Part shown: positions 25,266 through 37,145 of the stretch, piece after piece
Layout of the letters: every line of letters starts with the position of its first letter
How positions within the stretch are numbered: the first letter of the stretch is position 1
Notes under the pieces: model-generated
Told to the model about the DNA's origin: nothing
Database searches by the model: none
Seen by the model: only the letters and a program-made list of their open reading frames with translations
Source: Mobula hypostoma
Taxonomy: Eukaryota
Assembly (NCBI RefSeq): GCF_963921235.1
Contig: NC_086097.1
Coordinates: 239,136,001 to 239,200,000 of the forward strand
Direction: 5' to 3'
DNA: 64,000 nt
Made by a program: the position numbers and the translations under genes

Positions 25266-27154
25266 TCAGTAACTGGTGTTACCCCCTCGTGCAGCAATAA
25301 CTTTAACCAAATGAATCCAGTAATTGTTGGTCAGTCCTGCACATCGGCTTGGAGGAACTTTTGGCCATTCCTCCTTACAAAACTGCTTCAACTCTGGGAT
25401 GTTGGTGGGCTTCTTTGCACAAACTCCTTGCTTCAGGTCCTTCCACAACATTTCTACAGGATTCTGCTCAGGACTTTGACTCAGCCATTCCAAAACACAA
25501 ATTTTCTTCTTTTTAAACCATTCTGTTGTAGAGTTACTCTTGTCTTTCAGATCATTGTCTTGTTGCATTATCCAACTTCTATTAAACTTCAGTTGATAGA
25601 CTGCTATCCTGACAATCTCCTGTAAAATGTCTTGACACAATTTTGAATTCATTGTTCCCTCAAGAAAAAGCTGTCCAGGCCCTGAGGCAGCAAAGTAACC
25701 CAAAACCGTGATGCTCCTTCCACCATGCTTCACAGTGGGATGAGGTTTTGGTGTTGGTGAGCAGTCCCTTTTCCCTCCAAACACAGCGACGTGCATTTCT
25801 GCCAAAGAAATTCAACTTTTGTCTCATCTGTCCACAGAACATTGTCCCAGAAATGTTGTAGAACATCCAGGTGTTCTTTTGCAAACTTGAGATGTGCAGC
25901 TTTTTTTTCTTGGAGAGCAGTGGCTTCCTCTGTGGTATCCTTCCATGAACACCATTCTTGTTCTGTATTTTTCTTGTAGTCAACACATGAACAGAGAGTT
26001 TTTGCTCTTTTGCAGATGAGCAGGTTTTTGCTGTTACCCTTTGGGTTCTTTTTCATCTCCTTCAGCATTGCACATTGAGCTCTTGGTGTGAACTTTGCAG
26101 GATGCCCACTCCTAGGGAGAATAGCAACAGTAATGTGTTTCTTCCATTTGTAGACAATTTCTCTTGCTGTGGACTGATGAACACTGTTACGTACTGTAAC
26201 CTTTAGAAATAAACCAGCAGCAAGAGATTTCACACTGAGTCGGGTTTTAAAGTTAAAACCACTACCTTTATTAACATTTACTTATAATATTGTAACTTAA
26301 CCAAGATAAACAAATGTTAACAGTGTTATGTGTATATACGTGTGTAATATAGCTCCCAAACTAAGTTACGCTTGGGGAAACGAAGCTTAGAGTCCTGTGA
26401 TGGTAAAGTAGGAAAGTTCAGTTCACCGAAAGTATGATAGGAGAGAGATATTTGTAATCCAGGGTAAAACGTAGAGAAAAGGTGGATACGTCGAATTCCA
26501 CAGGTAAATGAAGGTATTCCACAGATTCAACAATGGTAAAACGAGCTAACAGTCGCTGTAGATCTTGTCCGTCGGGTCGTCCCAAATCCACATACGAATT
26601 ATCACCGAAAGTGACCTGTCACAGGGATATCGTCTTCAAGGGGTTGTCAAACAACATACCCAGGCAAGGGTTAACACTTAAGTGGTCTCCACAGGATATC
26701 CCGAAAAATCCACTCCTTTGGATTATAGGAAGTGACAGACACCCAATTGTAGTTCACCATGGGCAGATATTTAACCCACCCTTGTGGGCATAAGAGAGTT
26801 TCGAACCATCGCAATGACCAGCTGAAATTTCATCAGCTGGCCGCCATCACCTGCTCTCTCTCTCTCTGTCTCTCCCTCTCTCTGTCTCCCTCCCCACCCG
26901 ACTCTCCCTCCCCACCCGACTCTGACTGTCTGTGTCCTTGTTTTTAAAGTAAAACAATCTGCAAGTTATTCAGTGAACAACATCATAGTCCCGTCTCATT
27001 TATGTACTCTTAAAATAACAGACCACAGTAAACAAAACCCTATGGGTTCATAACAACACTCAGATCTTTAAAATGCTTTTGTAGTCTTTTCACCTTCAGG
27101 CACCTCTACAATTCTTCTCCTAAGGTCTTCTGAAAGTTGCTTTGGTTGGGGCAT
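25266..27154 (-). pseudogene. Tc1 DDE transposase pseudogene
   Basis: Starts MPQPKQLSEDLRRRIVE at 27154; motifs VLWTDETK, QQDND and SPEQNPVEMLW; frameshifts and an LTR insertion. Confidence 0.9.
26185..27055 (-). mobile_element. Solo LTR (871 bp) inside the Tc1 transposase
   Basis: TGTTACG...CATAACA termini; 4-bp TSD ACAC. Confidence 0.9.
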
Positions 27155-27221
27155 GGTGCACATAAACAGACCTTCCTTGAGAAGAACAGATTCTGTCAGT
27201 AACCTGGCTTTGTGTGTGTGT

Positions 27222-27631
27222 ACTTCTCTAACTTCCGCTAGGCCCCACCTCCCCCTCGTACCTCAGCTGTTACTCATTTTTATGCACACATTCTTTCTCT
27301 CACTCTCCTTTTTCTCCCTCTGTCCCTCTGAATATACCTCTTGCCCATCCTCTGGGTCACCCCCCCCCCGTCTTTCTCCCTAGGCCTCCTGTCCCATGAT
27401 CCTCTCATATCCCTTTTGCCAATCACCTGTCCAGATCTTGGCTCCATCCCTCCCCCTCCTGTCTTCTCCTATCATTTTGCATCTCCCCCTCCCCCTCCAG
27501 CTTTCAAATCCCTTACTCACTCTTCCTTCAGTTAGTCCTGACGAAGGGTCTCGGCCTGAAACGTCGACTGCGCCTCTTCCTATAGATGCTGCTTGGCCTG
27601 CTGCGTTCACCAGCAACTTTGATGTATGTTG
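27222..27631 (+). mobile_element. Young PLE 3'-terminal insertion (last ORF codons, UTR, HHR, tail)
   Basis: Starts ACTTCTCTAACTTCCGCTAG (…FSNFR*); 13-bp TSD TTTGTGTGTGTGT (low complexity). Confidence 0.85.
27533..27570 (+). ncRNA. Minimal type I hammerhead ribozyme motif
   Basis: TAGTC-CTGACGA-AGGGTCTCGGCCT-GAAA-CG-TC-GACTG; predicted GUC cleavage after 27565. Confidence 0.78.
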
Positions 27632-28549
27632 TTTGTGTGTGTGTGTTTCTTTTATTGTGCGGGGCACCTCCAATCTCATTCATTGATTGGATCACCTGAC
27701 TCCAAATAGCATTTATAGAAGGCATGACCCCAGAGGTTAATGTACTTTTTCTAATAAATACATGTAATATTTGATCATATTACTCAATAAACAAATGAAC
27801 AAATATAATGTTTTATATTTTGTATTTAATTGGGTTCTCTTTATTAATTTTAAGATTTATGTGAAGATCTGATCACATTTTACGTCATATTTATGCAGAA
27901 AATGAGATAATTCTCCAGGGTTCACAAACTGTATGGAATATGACAGGGATATTAAATCTGATTCCTGTTCTGAATAAACAGTCTAACTGGTCAGGCCAGA
28001 CCTTTCATCAGGACATAAGTCCTGACTGTTTATTCCCTTCCATAGATGCTGCCAGACCTGCTGAGTTCCTCCAGCATCTTGTATGTGTTACAAGGAAAGA
28101 TAAAGTTAGGATTGTTTGTCATGTTATTTTGTTCAATCGTTGCATTTGCTTTTCAAGACAGTATTTATAACTGATGTGATTGTCGAAGTATTAAAATTAT
28201 ACCAGTTGCACACAGGTGGCTGGTGACTGTATTTGTACCTTCTATTACCGGAAGAATGGAATATTGAAAGATGAATCAAATAATATTAAAGACTGATATA
28301 ATGCAATTCAGAAATTTAATTTATTTGTGCATGATTTTACTGTAACAGTTGAAGATTACAAAAAATTGGATGTGTTTGATTAAATTGCTTTACACCTTTT
28401 AATATGTAGTGGTATGTGCCAATTCGAGGCCTTAGTTGACACTTGGGAAATGTATGTTTTTATGTTATACTGTGCAATTCAAATAAACTGAATAACTGAG
28501 TGTAAAACAAGCCTGACATTGCCAAAAGCGCATAACCTGTAATTCTATC

Positions 28550-29300
28550 CTGTTCTTCTTTATGTATGATGCACATATACCTGAAGTGTACAGAGCCTGC
28601 CCGAGTGATGCCAATCTATGTGCAAACTCCACGGTAGTAGTTGATTCATCATTCAAAGATAATGAAGCATTGGAAACTAAGGACTGCCAATGTACTCACA
28701 CAACATAAACTGTAGATTATTCTCAACAGCAACACCATTTCTCACAGCTACTGATTACACTGGCATCACAGAGAACACTGTCACATCAGCCTGGTTTGAT
28801 GCACAATGCTCTCACAATGTATGAAAACTATGCAAACTGTCAGGTCGGCAGAAAAGGTCACTGGCAGCAGTCTGCCATCACTGCAGGATTTATATGTGCC
28901 CAGGACAAAGAACCAGGCACAATAAATCATTATGAACACTACCCACCCAGCAAACTGCCTTTTCCAAAAGCTCCCATCTGGAAAGCACTATAGGGTTATT
29001 AAAGGAAAAACTTCACGCCATGTTAAAGTTTCTTCCCCCGGGCAGTTAATCTAATCAACCATTCTAATAACCCCTCAAAACCTCCTTTAAACACTTCAAA
29101 CTACTTTTTATAATACTGTTTACATTGTAAATACATATATGTTAGTATTTATGCACATTTTATTCCATATTCATTTTTATATAATTCTTTATTCTTATAA
29201 TTGTTGTCTGTTGACTTTCTGTTGCACCCTGACCAACACAACACAGCAATTTGCTAAGACATGTAAATGTATATGGTAAATAAAGCTGCTCCTTGATCCT
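28550..29300 (+). mobile_element. Old Rex1/Babar-like 3' portion
   Basis: Decayed peptide SLPSLQDLY...THPANCLFQKLPSGKHYRVIK. Confidence 0.65.
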
Positions 29301-29504
29301 TGAATGTCCTGGAAGCTCTTCACTCAAATTAAAGTGAATATATTGATCCAATGGTAGCAATTAACGTTGGAATCCTACTCCAATCCTGAGGGCGCAAATG
29401 GGTTTGATTTCAAAAGGGCTTTACCGCAATCTGCGTTGGAATTTTTTAAATAGCAGATGCTACATCATGCCAGGCATTAAGAATTTATTATCAAATCCAT
29501 AAGC

Positions 29505-30874
29505 CTATAAGACAAAGGAGCAGAATTAGGTCTGTTCTGACATTCCATCATGGCTGACTTATTATCCCTCTCAAACACCATTCTTTTGCCTTCTCCCTGT
29601 GACCTTTCATGCCTTGATTAATCAAGAGCATATCAACCTCCACCGTAAGTATACCGAATGACTTTTCCTCCACAGCCACCTGTGCCAATGAATTCCACAG
29701 ATTCACCACCCTCATTTCTCTTCTAAATGGACGTCCCTCTATACTGGGTCTCTGCACTCGGGTCCTAGACTCCCTGACTATAGGATTCATCCTCACCACA
29801 TCCACTTTATCCAGACCTTTAATAATTTGATTGGATTCAATGAGATCTCCCTCATGTTTTCCAGTTTCCCAAGCGCCTTCTGCTTAGTAACAGCAACAAC
29901 ACTTACTTCTGCCCCACGATACTCTCATAGTTCTGGTATTCTGCTAGTGTCTTTCACAGTGAAGACTGATGCAAAATACTAATTAAATTCCTCCACCATT
30001 GCTTTATCCCTTATTACTACCTCTCCAGCATCATTTTCCAGTGGTCCTATATCGACTCTTCTCTTTATTTTACTCTTTATATACCTGAAAAAAAAACTGT
30101 TTGTATCTTCTTTTACATTATTGGCTTCATGTTTCATCTTTTCTCTCTTTTTGGCTTTTTAGTTGCCTTCTGTTGGCTTTTAACAGCTTTCCAGTCCTTC
30201 GCCTTCCCACTAATTTTTGCTCTATTACATGTCCTCACTTTTGCTTTTATGCTATCTTTGACTTCCCTTGATAGCCGTAGTTGCCTCATCCTCCCTTTAG
30301 AATGCTGGTTCATCTTTGGGATGTATCTTTCCTGTGCCTTCTGAGTTTCCCCCATAACTCCAGCCACTGCTATTCTGCCATAATCCCTGATAGTGCTCCT
30401 TCCAATCATCTTTGGCCAGCTCTTCTCTCAGGCCTCCGTAATTCTCTTTACTCAACTGTAATACTGATAAATTCAATTTTATCTTCTTCTCAAACTGAAC
30501 GGTGAATATTATCATATGATCACTGCCTCCTAAGGATTCCCGATCAAATCTGGGTCATTAATTAACAGACAATTCAGAATTGCCATTCCTCCAGTGGGCT
30601 CAACCACAAGCTGTTTTAAAATCTCATCTTGTAGGCATTCTACAAATTCCCTCTCCTGGGATCCAGTACCAATTGGATTTTCCCAATCTATCTTCACATT
30701 GACATCCCCCCATGATTATTGCAACATTTCCATTTTTACATGCCTTTTTTAATCTCCTGTTGTAATTTGTCTCCCACATCCTGGCTACTGTTCAAAGACT
30801 GTACATAACTACCATCAAGGTACTTCTATCCTGGCAGTTTCTTAACCCCACCCATAGGAATTCCTATCTTCCTA
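29505..30874 (-). mobile_element. Old CR1, 3'/middle part (continues at 35595)
   Basis: Peptide VVNLWNSL and APE-linker remnants; 9-bp duplication ATCTTCCTA at the break. Confidence 0.8.
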
Positions 30875-31348
30875 CTTCCTACTTGGCCTTCAAAAGAAGG
30901 CTATTTGAAGAGCTAAGCAACAATTCTGAGTGAGGTTGGAGGCAATATTGCAGACATGTCAACTCTGGCAGGTTTTGCAGACCATTACTTCCTACAAAGC
31001 GAAACCCAACATCATAAACGCCAGCGATGCTTCACTCCCAGACGAGCACAACACCTTTTATGCTTGCTCTGAAAGGGAGAATAGAGCAACAGTTATACCA
31101 GTGCCCAGGAAGAACAGTGCGAGCTGCCTTAGTGACTATCATCCAGTCGTACTCACATCTACAGTAATGAAGTACTTTGAGAGGTTGGTTACAGCAAGAT
31201 TCAACTTATGTCTCAGCAAAGATCTGGAACCACTGCAACTTGCCTATCACCACAATGGGTCTATGGTAGACATGATCTCACTGGCTCTCCAAGTGGCCTT
31301 GGATCACCTGAAGGATAATAATACTATGTCAGGATGCTGTTTATTGAC

Positions 31349-31715
31349 TAATTCTCTTTACTCAACTGTAATACTGATAAATTCAATTTTATCTTCTTCT
31401 CAAACTGAACGGTGAATATTATCATATTATGATCACTGCCTCCTAAGGATTCCCGATCAAATCTGGGTCATTAATTAACAGACAATTCAGAATTGCCATT
31501 CCTCCAGTGGGCTCAACCACAAGCTGTTTTAAAATCTCATCTTGTAGGCATTCTACAAATTCCCTCTCCTGGGATCCAGTACCAATTGGATTTTCCCAAT
31601 CTATCTTCACATTGACATCCCCCCATGATTATTGCAACATTTCCATTTTTACATGCCTTTTTTAATCTCCTGTTGTAATTTGTCTCCCACATCCTGGCTA
31701 CTGTTCAAAGACTGT
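31349..31715 (+). repeat. Near-perfect direct copy of 30439-30802
   Basis: Identical by eye except a 3-bp indel (ATCATATGA vs ATCATATTATGA). Confidence 0.93.
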
Positions 31716-32132
31716 TCACTCAGTGTTTAACATCTTCATTCTTACAGTTCTCGTTGAAAAGCTCCAGAACCTGGGTTTCTACCTCCCTTTGCATCCGGAT
31801 CCTTGGCTTCCTAACTGGAAGATCACTATCTGTGCTGATTGGAAATAACATCTACACCTCACTGACAATCAACATTGACGTACTTCAGGGGTGTGTGCTT
31901 AGCCCACTGCTCTACTGTCTCTACGACCATGACTGTGCGGCTAGGCACAGCCCAAATGTCATCTATAAACTTGCTGGTGACACAACCATTGTTGGTAGAA
32001 TCTCAGATGGTGATGAGAGGGTGTACGGGAGCGAGATGTAATAGCTCGTTGAGTGGTGTCACAGCAACAGCCTTGCACTCAGTGTCAGTAAGATTGATTG
32101 TGGTCTTCAGAAAGGGTAAGATGAAGGAACAC

Positions 32133-34403
32133 AATATGGAGAGTGACATAGTTAATTCAGAAACAAAGGTTCTGAACTTAAAGAGGGGTAACTTTGAAGG
32201 TATGAGACGTGAATTAGCTAAGATAGACTGGCAAATGACACTTAAAGGATTGACGGTGGATATGCAATGGCAAGCATTTAAAGGTTGCATGGATGAACTA
32301 CAACAATTGTTCATCCCAGTTTGGCAAAAGAATAAATCAAGGAAGGTAGTGCACCCGTGGCTGACAAGAGAAATTAGGGATAGTATCAATTCCAAAGATG
32401 TAGCATACAAATTAGCCAGAGAAAGTGGCTCACCTGAGGACTGGGAGAAATTCAGAGTTCAGCAGAGGAGGACAAAGGGCTTAATTAGGAAGGGGAAAAA
32501 AGATTATGAGAGAAAACTGGCAGAGAACATAAAAACGGACTGTAAAAGCTTTTATAAATATGTAAAAAGGAAAAGACTGGTAAAGACAAATGTAGGTCCC
32601 CTGCAGACAGAAACAGGTGAATTGATTATGGGGAGCAAGGACATGGCAGACCAATTGAATAATTACTTTGGTTCTGTCTTCACTAAGGAGGACATAAATA
32701 ATCTTCCAGAAATAGTAAGGGACAGAGGGTCCAGTGAGATGGAGGAACTGAGTGAAATACATGTTAGTAGGGAAGTGGTGTTAGGTAAATTGAAGGGATT
32801 GAAGGCAGATAAATCCCCAGGACCAGATGGTCTGCATCCCAGAGTGCATAAGGAAGTAGCCCAAGAAATAGTGGATGCATTAGTGATAATTTTTCAAAAC
32901 TCGTTAGATTCTGGACTAGTTCCTGAGGATTGGAGGGTGGCTAATGTAACCCCACTTTTTAAAAAAGGAGGGAGAGAGAAACCGGGGAATTATAGGCCGG
33001 TTAGCCTAACGTCGGTGGTGGGGAAACTGCTGGAGTCAGTTATCAAGGATGTGATAACAGCACATTTGGAAAGCGGTGAAATGATCGGACAAAGTCAGCA
33101 TGGATTTGTGAAAGGAAAATCATGTCTGACGAATCTCATAGAATTTTTTGAGGATGTAACTAGTAGAGTGGATAGGGGAGAACCAGTGGATGTGGTATAT
33201 TTGGATTTTCAAAAGGCTTTTGACAAGGTCCCACACAGGAGATTAGTGTGCAAACTTAAAGCACACGGTATTGGGGGTAAGGTATTGGTGTGGGTGGAGA
33301 ATTGGTTAGCAGACAGGAAGCAAAGAGTGGGAATAAACGGGACCTTTTCAGAATGGCAGGCGGTAACTAGTGGGGTACCGCAAGGCTCAGTGCTGGGACC
33401 CCAGTTGTTTACAATATATATTAATGACTTGGATGAGGGAATTAAATGCAGCATCTCCAAGTTTGCGGATGACACGAAGCTGGGTGGCAGTGTTAGCAGT
33501 GAGGAGGATGCTAAGAGGATGCAGGGTGACTTGGATAGGTTGGGTGAGTGGGCAAACTCATGGCAGATGCAATTTAATGTGGATAAATGTGAAGTTATCC
33601 ACTTTGGTGGCAAAAATAGGAAAACAGATTATTATCTGAATGGTGGCCGATTAGGAAAAGGGGAAGTGCAACGAGACCTGGGTGTCATTATACACCAGTC
33701 ATTGAAAGTGGGCATGCAGGTACAGCAGGCGGTGAAAAAGGCGAATGGTATGCTGGCATTTATAGCGAGAGGATTCGAGTACAGGAGCAGGGAGGTACTA
33801 CTGCAGTTGTACAAGGCCTTGGTGAGACCACACCTGGAGTATTGTGTGCAGTTTTGGTCCCCTAATCTGAGGAAAGACATCTTTGCCATAGAGGGAGTAC
33901 AAAGAAGGTTCACCAGATTGATTCCTGGGATGGCAGGACTTTCTTTCATATGAAGAAAGACTGGATGAACTGGGCTTGTACTCGTTGGAATTTAGAAGAT
34001 TGAGGGGGGATCTGATTGAAACGTATAAGATCCTAAAGGGATTGGACAGGCTAGATGCGGGAAGATTGTTCCTGATGTTGGGGAGGTCCAGAACGAGGGG
34101 TCACAGTTTGAGGATAGAGGGGAAGCCTTTTAGGACCGAGATTAGGAAAAACTTCTTCACACAGAGAGTGGTGAATCTGTGGAATTCTCTGCCACAGCAA
34201 ACTGTTGAGGCCAGTTCATTGGCTATGTTTAAGAGGGAGTTAGATATGGCCCTTGTGGCTACAGGGGTCAGGGGGTATGGAGGGAAGGCTGGGGCGGGGT
34301 TCCGAGTTGGATGATCAGCCATGATCATAATAAATGGCGGTGCAGGATCGAAGGGCCGAATGGCCTACTCCTGCACCTATTTTCTATGTTTCTATGTTTC
34401 TAT
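32133..34403 (+). mobile_element. Young CR1, 5' truncated, about 99% identical to 4-1863
   Basis: Same RT; 4-bp duplication frameshift at ~33940; (TTTCTATG)n tail; Rex1 sequence rejoins across it (GAACACA/TACCAGTCC). Confidence 0.95.
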
Positions 34404-34928
34404 ACCAGTCCTCATAGAGAGATCAGAAGTGGAGTGAGTCAGCAGCTTGAAGTTCCTCAGTGTCAATATCTCTGAGAACTTATCCTGGACCCAACATCTT
34501 GATTCAGATACAAAGAAGGCAAAACAGTGGCTATATTTCATTTAGAGTCTGAGGAGACTTGGTATGTTACCACAACACTCACAGATTTCTACTGATGTAC
34601 CATGGAGAGCATTCTAATTGGCTGCATCACCGCCTGGTGTGGGGGGATATTGCACAGGACTGAAATAATCTGCAGAGTGGTGTAAAATTAGTCAGTTCCA
34701 ACATGGTCACGAGCCATAGTATCCAGAAGATCTTCAAGGAGCGGTGCCTCAGAAAGGCAGCATCGATCATTAAATACCCCCACCACCCAGGACATGTCGT
34801 CTTCTCATTGATTCCATCAGGAAGGACGTACAGATGCCTGAAACCAATCACTCAACGATTTAGGAACAGATTCTTCCCCTCTGCCATCCAGTTTCTGAAT
34901 GGGCATTGAACTTGTGAACACCAACTCA

Positions 34929-35308
34929 ATAAAAGAAAGGTTTTGGTGCTTTCCCGGCATACATGACGAATAAACTCTTCTCAGGCTTCCAGCTTGGTAT
35001 GGTGTTGATTTTAACCGTCGCTTTAATGACAATCTCTGCCATCTTCATCCGGGATGATGCCTCAGCTTGTCTAGTCTGGTGGTATTTGTAACCCTGTTGT
35101 CTGTCCCTCCTGACTGGTTAGTCCTCATCCAATCAGGTTTGCGCTGACCCACCTTGTTTACAATCGAATTTTCATTCTTACTTAGAGTGAGACCTTTGCC
35201 TTTGTTAAAATTGTTTTCCACTAGTTTCATTTCAATGGCTTCCTTCTCCAGACGGTCCCAAAAGCCACTGGGGCGGCACGGTAGTTTTTGGCAGTCGAAG
35301 TCAATCCT
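34929..35308 (-). mobile_element. Penelope-like element, second family, 3' end
   Basis: GIY-YIG C-terminus (IDFD...FWDRLEKEAIEMKL..NNFNK); decayed HHR at ~35011-35056; imperfect 8-bp flanking duplication. Confidence 0.8.
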
Positions 35309-35472
35309 CTACCTCACTACTTTTTTATTTCCCATTTTTTTACACTATTTAATTTGAGTACTTAACATATTATATGCATTTACTGTAATTCATAGATTTT
35401 TTTCTCATTATTATCATGTATTGCATTTTACTGCTGCCACAAAGTTAACAAATTTCACAACATATGCCAGAG

Positions 35473-35570
35473 TCCTGCCAAAGGCTCTCTGCCCAAAGCG
35501 TTGACTGTACTTTTTTTCCATAAATGCTGCCTGGCCTGCTGAGTTCCATCTGCATTTTGTGTGCATTGTT
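35473..35570 (+). mobile_element. ~100-bp HHR-headed PLE-derived insertion (older, core mutated)
   Basis: 6-bp TSD CCAGAG (35467-35472 and 35571-35576); begins (AG)TCCTG at stem I. Confidence 0.75.
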
Positions 35571-35594
35571 CCAGAGATATTAAACCTACTTCTG

Positions 35595-36660
35595 ATCTTC
35601 CTATCCTATGTCACCTCTTTGCAAGGATTTAGTTTTATTTTTTTTTAACCAATATAACCACTCTCTGTGCCATTCAATACAATGTCTATCCCTGGACATT
35701 AAGCTCTCAACTATAATCTTCTTTCAGCCCACAACATCATAGCTGACAATCTCTAACTGCACCACAAGATCATCTACCTTATTCCGTATACTGCATGCAT
35801 TCAAATATAGCACTTTTAGTCCTGTATTCAACACCCTTCTTGATTTTGGCACCTTGTTACTGACTGCATCCCACTGATTGCAATTGTGCCCTGTCATCTG
35901 CCTGTCCTACTTCACAGCCTCACTAGACACTGCATCCAGTTGTACACCACCTGCACTGTCCTTAGCTATCACTCTGGTTCCCATCCCCTTGCCAGATTAG
36001 ATTAAACCCCATCCCGCATCTCCAGCACACCGGCCTGCAAGGATGTTGGTTCCCCTTGGATTCAGGTATAACCCCTGCTCTTTGTACAGTCCATACACTG
36101 CCCAATGATCCAGAAATCTGAAACCCTCTCCCCTGCATCATTTCCTCAGCTACACATTCACTTGCCAAATCATCCTACTTGCACATGGCACGGGCAACAA
36201 TCCAGAGGTTATTACCTGCAGGTTCTGATTTTCAGCTGACCACCTACCTCCCTATATTCTCTCTTCAGAACCCCCTCCCTTTCTCTACCAGTGTTGTTGT
36301 TAACAATATGTAGCACATCTTCCAGTTGTTCACCTTCCCCCTTTAGAGTACTGTGGACCTGACCCTAGCACCTGGGAGGCAACATACCATCTGGGTGTCT
36401 CTTTTACATCCACAGAATCTGCTCTCTGCTCCTCTCATTATGGAATCTCCTATCAGTACCGCACTCCTCTTCTTCCTCCTTCCCTTCTGAGCCACAGAGC
36501 CAGGATCAGAGCCAGGGACCGGGTGGCTGCAGCTTCCCTTTGGTAGGTTGTTCACCGCCCCCCCGTCCCCCCACAACAGTACCCAAAGTGCAATACTTAT
36601 TACTGGGGGAACACCCACAGAGTTACTCTGCACTGGCTGCCTATTCCCTTTCCGTCTCTC
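35595..36660 (-). mobile_element. Old CR1 5' part including an ORF1 SGNH-esterase remnant
   Basis: Peptide AVLIGDSIMRG..RFCGCKRDTQMVCCLPGARV. Confidence 0.8.
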
Positions 36661-36954
36661 GATAGTCCTGAATGGTAAGTGGAAGACTTACCCTTTCCAC
36701 TTAATATGTAGTAGCATTACCATTGGCATTTACTGAACAGATACGTTCTGGGGATTGTTAGGCAATTATGTGAAGTGAAAATATAATTACTTTTACTGAA
36801 TGTTGAATGCTTCATCTGCCAAAATGAGTGGTTCAGTTACTTACTGAATGAAGCAACGCCATGTTCAGAAAGTCTAATTTCTCGGTTGTAAGATGAGTTC
36901 TCCGAGGGTTCATAGAGACAGTATTTGTTTTTTTGTGCGTGGGCCTGAGCACAA

Positions 36955-37145
36955 TGAAGAATGTTCTCTCCTTGTCACACTGACTGCAGCCTTGAAGACG
37001 CTGAAGAATATGCTCCCCTTGCTTCAGTGAGTGCAGTCCAGAGGACAATGAAGAATGCTCTCTCCTTGTCTCAGTGCGTAGCCCTGAAGTCACTTTCCTC
37101 AGCTCAATGAGTACAATTTTGAAGAATGTTCAGCCTCATCATGAA
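36955..37145. repeat. Degenerate 47-bp tandem repeat
   Basis: TGAAGAAT anchors at 36955, 37002, 37049 and 37120. Confidence 0.65.

Larger units (their letters stand above)
25060..27931 (-). mobile_element. Tc1 DNA transposon with ~200-bp TIRs, carrying two nested insertions
   Basis: TIRs ~25060-25263 and ~27731-27931 begin CAGTTTGTGAAC; TA follows the right end. Confidence 0.92.
30875..35594 (+). mobile_element. Rex1/Babar LINE inserted in the old CR1 and hosting four later events
   Basis: Peptides DYHPVVLTSTVMKYFERLV, QGCVLSPLLY and SGRTYRCLK; TSD ATCTTCCTA at 30866-30874 and 35595-35603. Confidence 0.85.

Noticed and set aside
28465..28700. Possible minus-strand exon (NDESTTTVEFAHRLASLGQALY)
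   Set aside because: The acceptor is weak, and the plus strand reads better as decayed RT sequence continuous with the adjacent Rex-like remnant.
31875..33953. 692-aa ORF suggesting a novel RT fusion protein
   Set aside because: The N-terminal ~86 aa are a mostly off-frame read of a decayed Rex1 that happens to join a 5'-truncated CR1, and the CR1 part ends in a frameshift.
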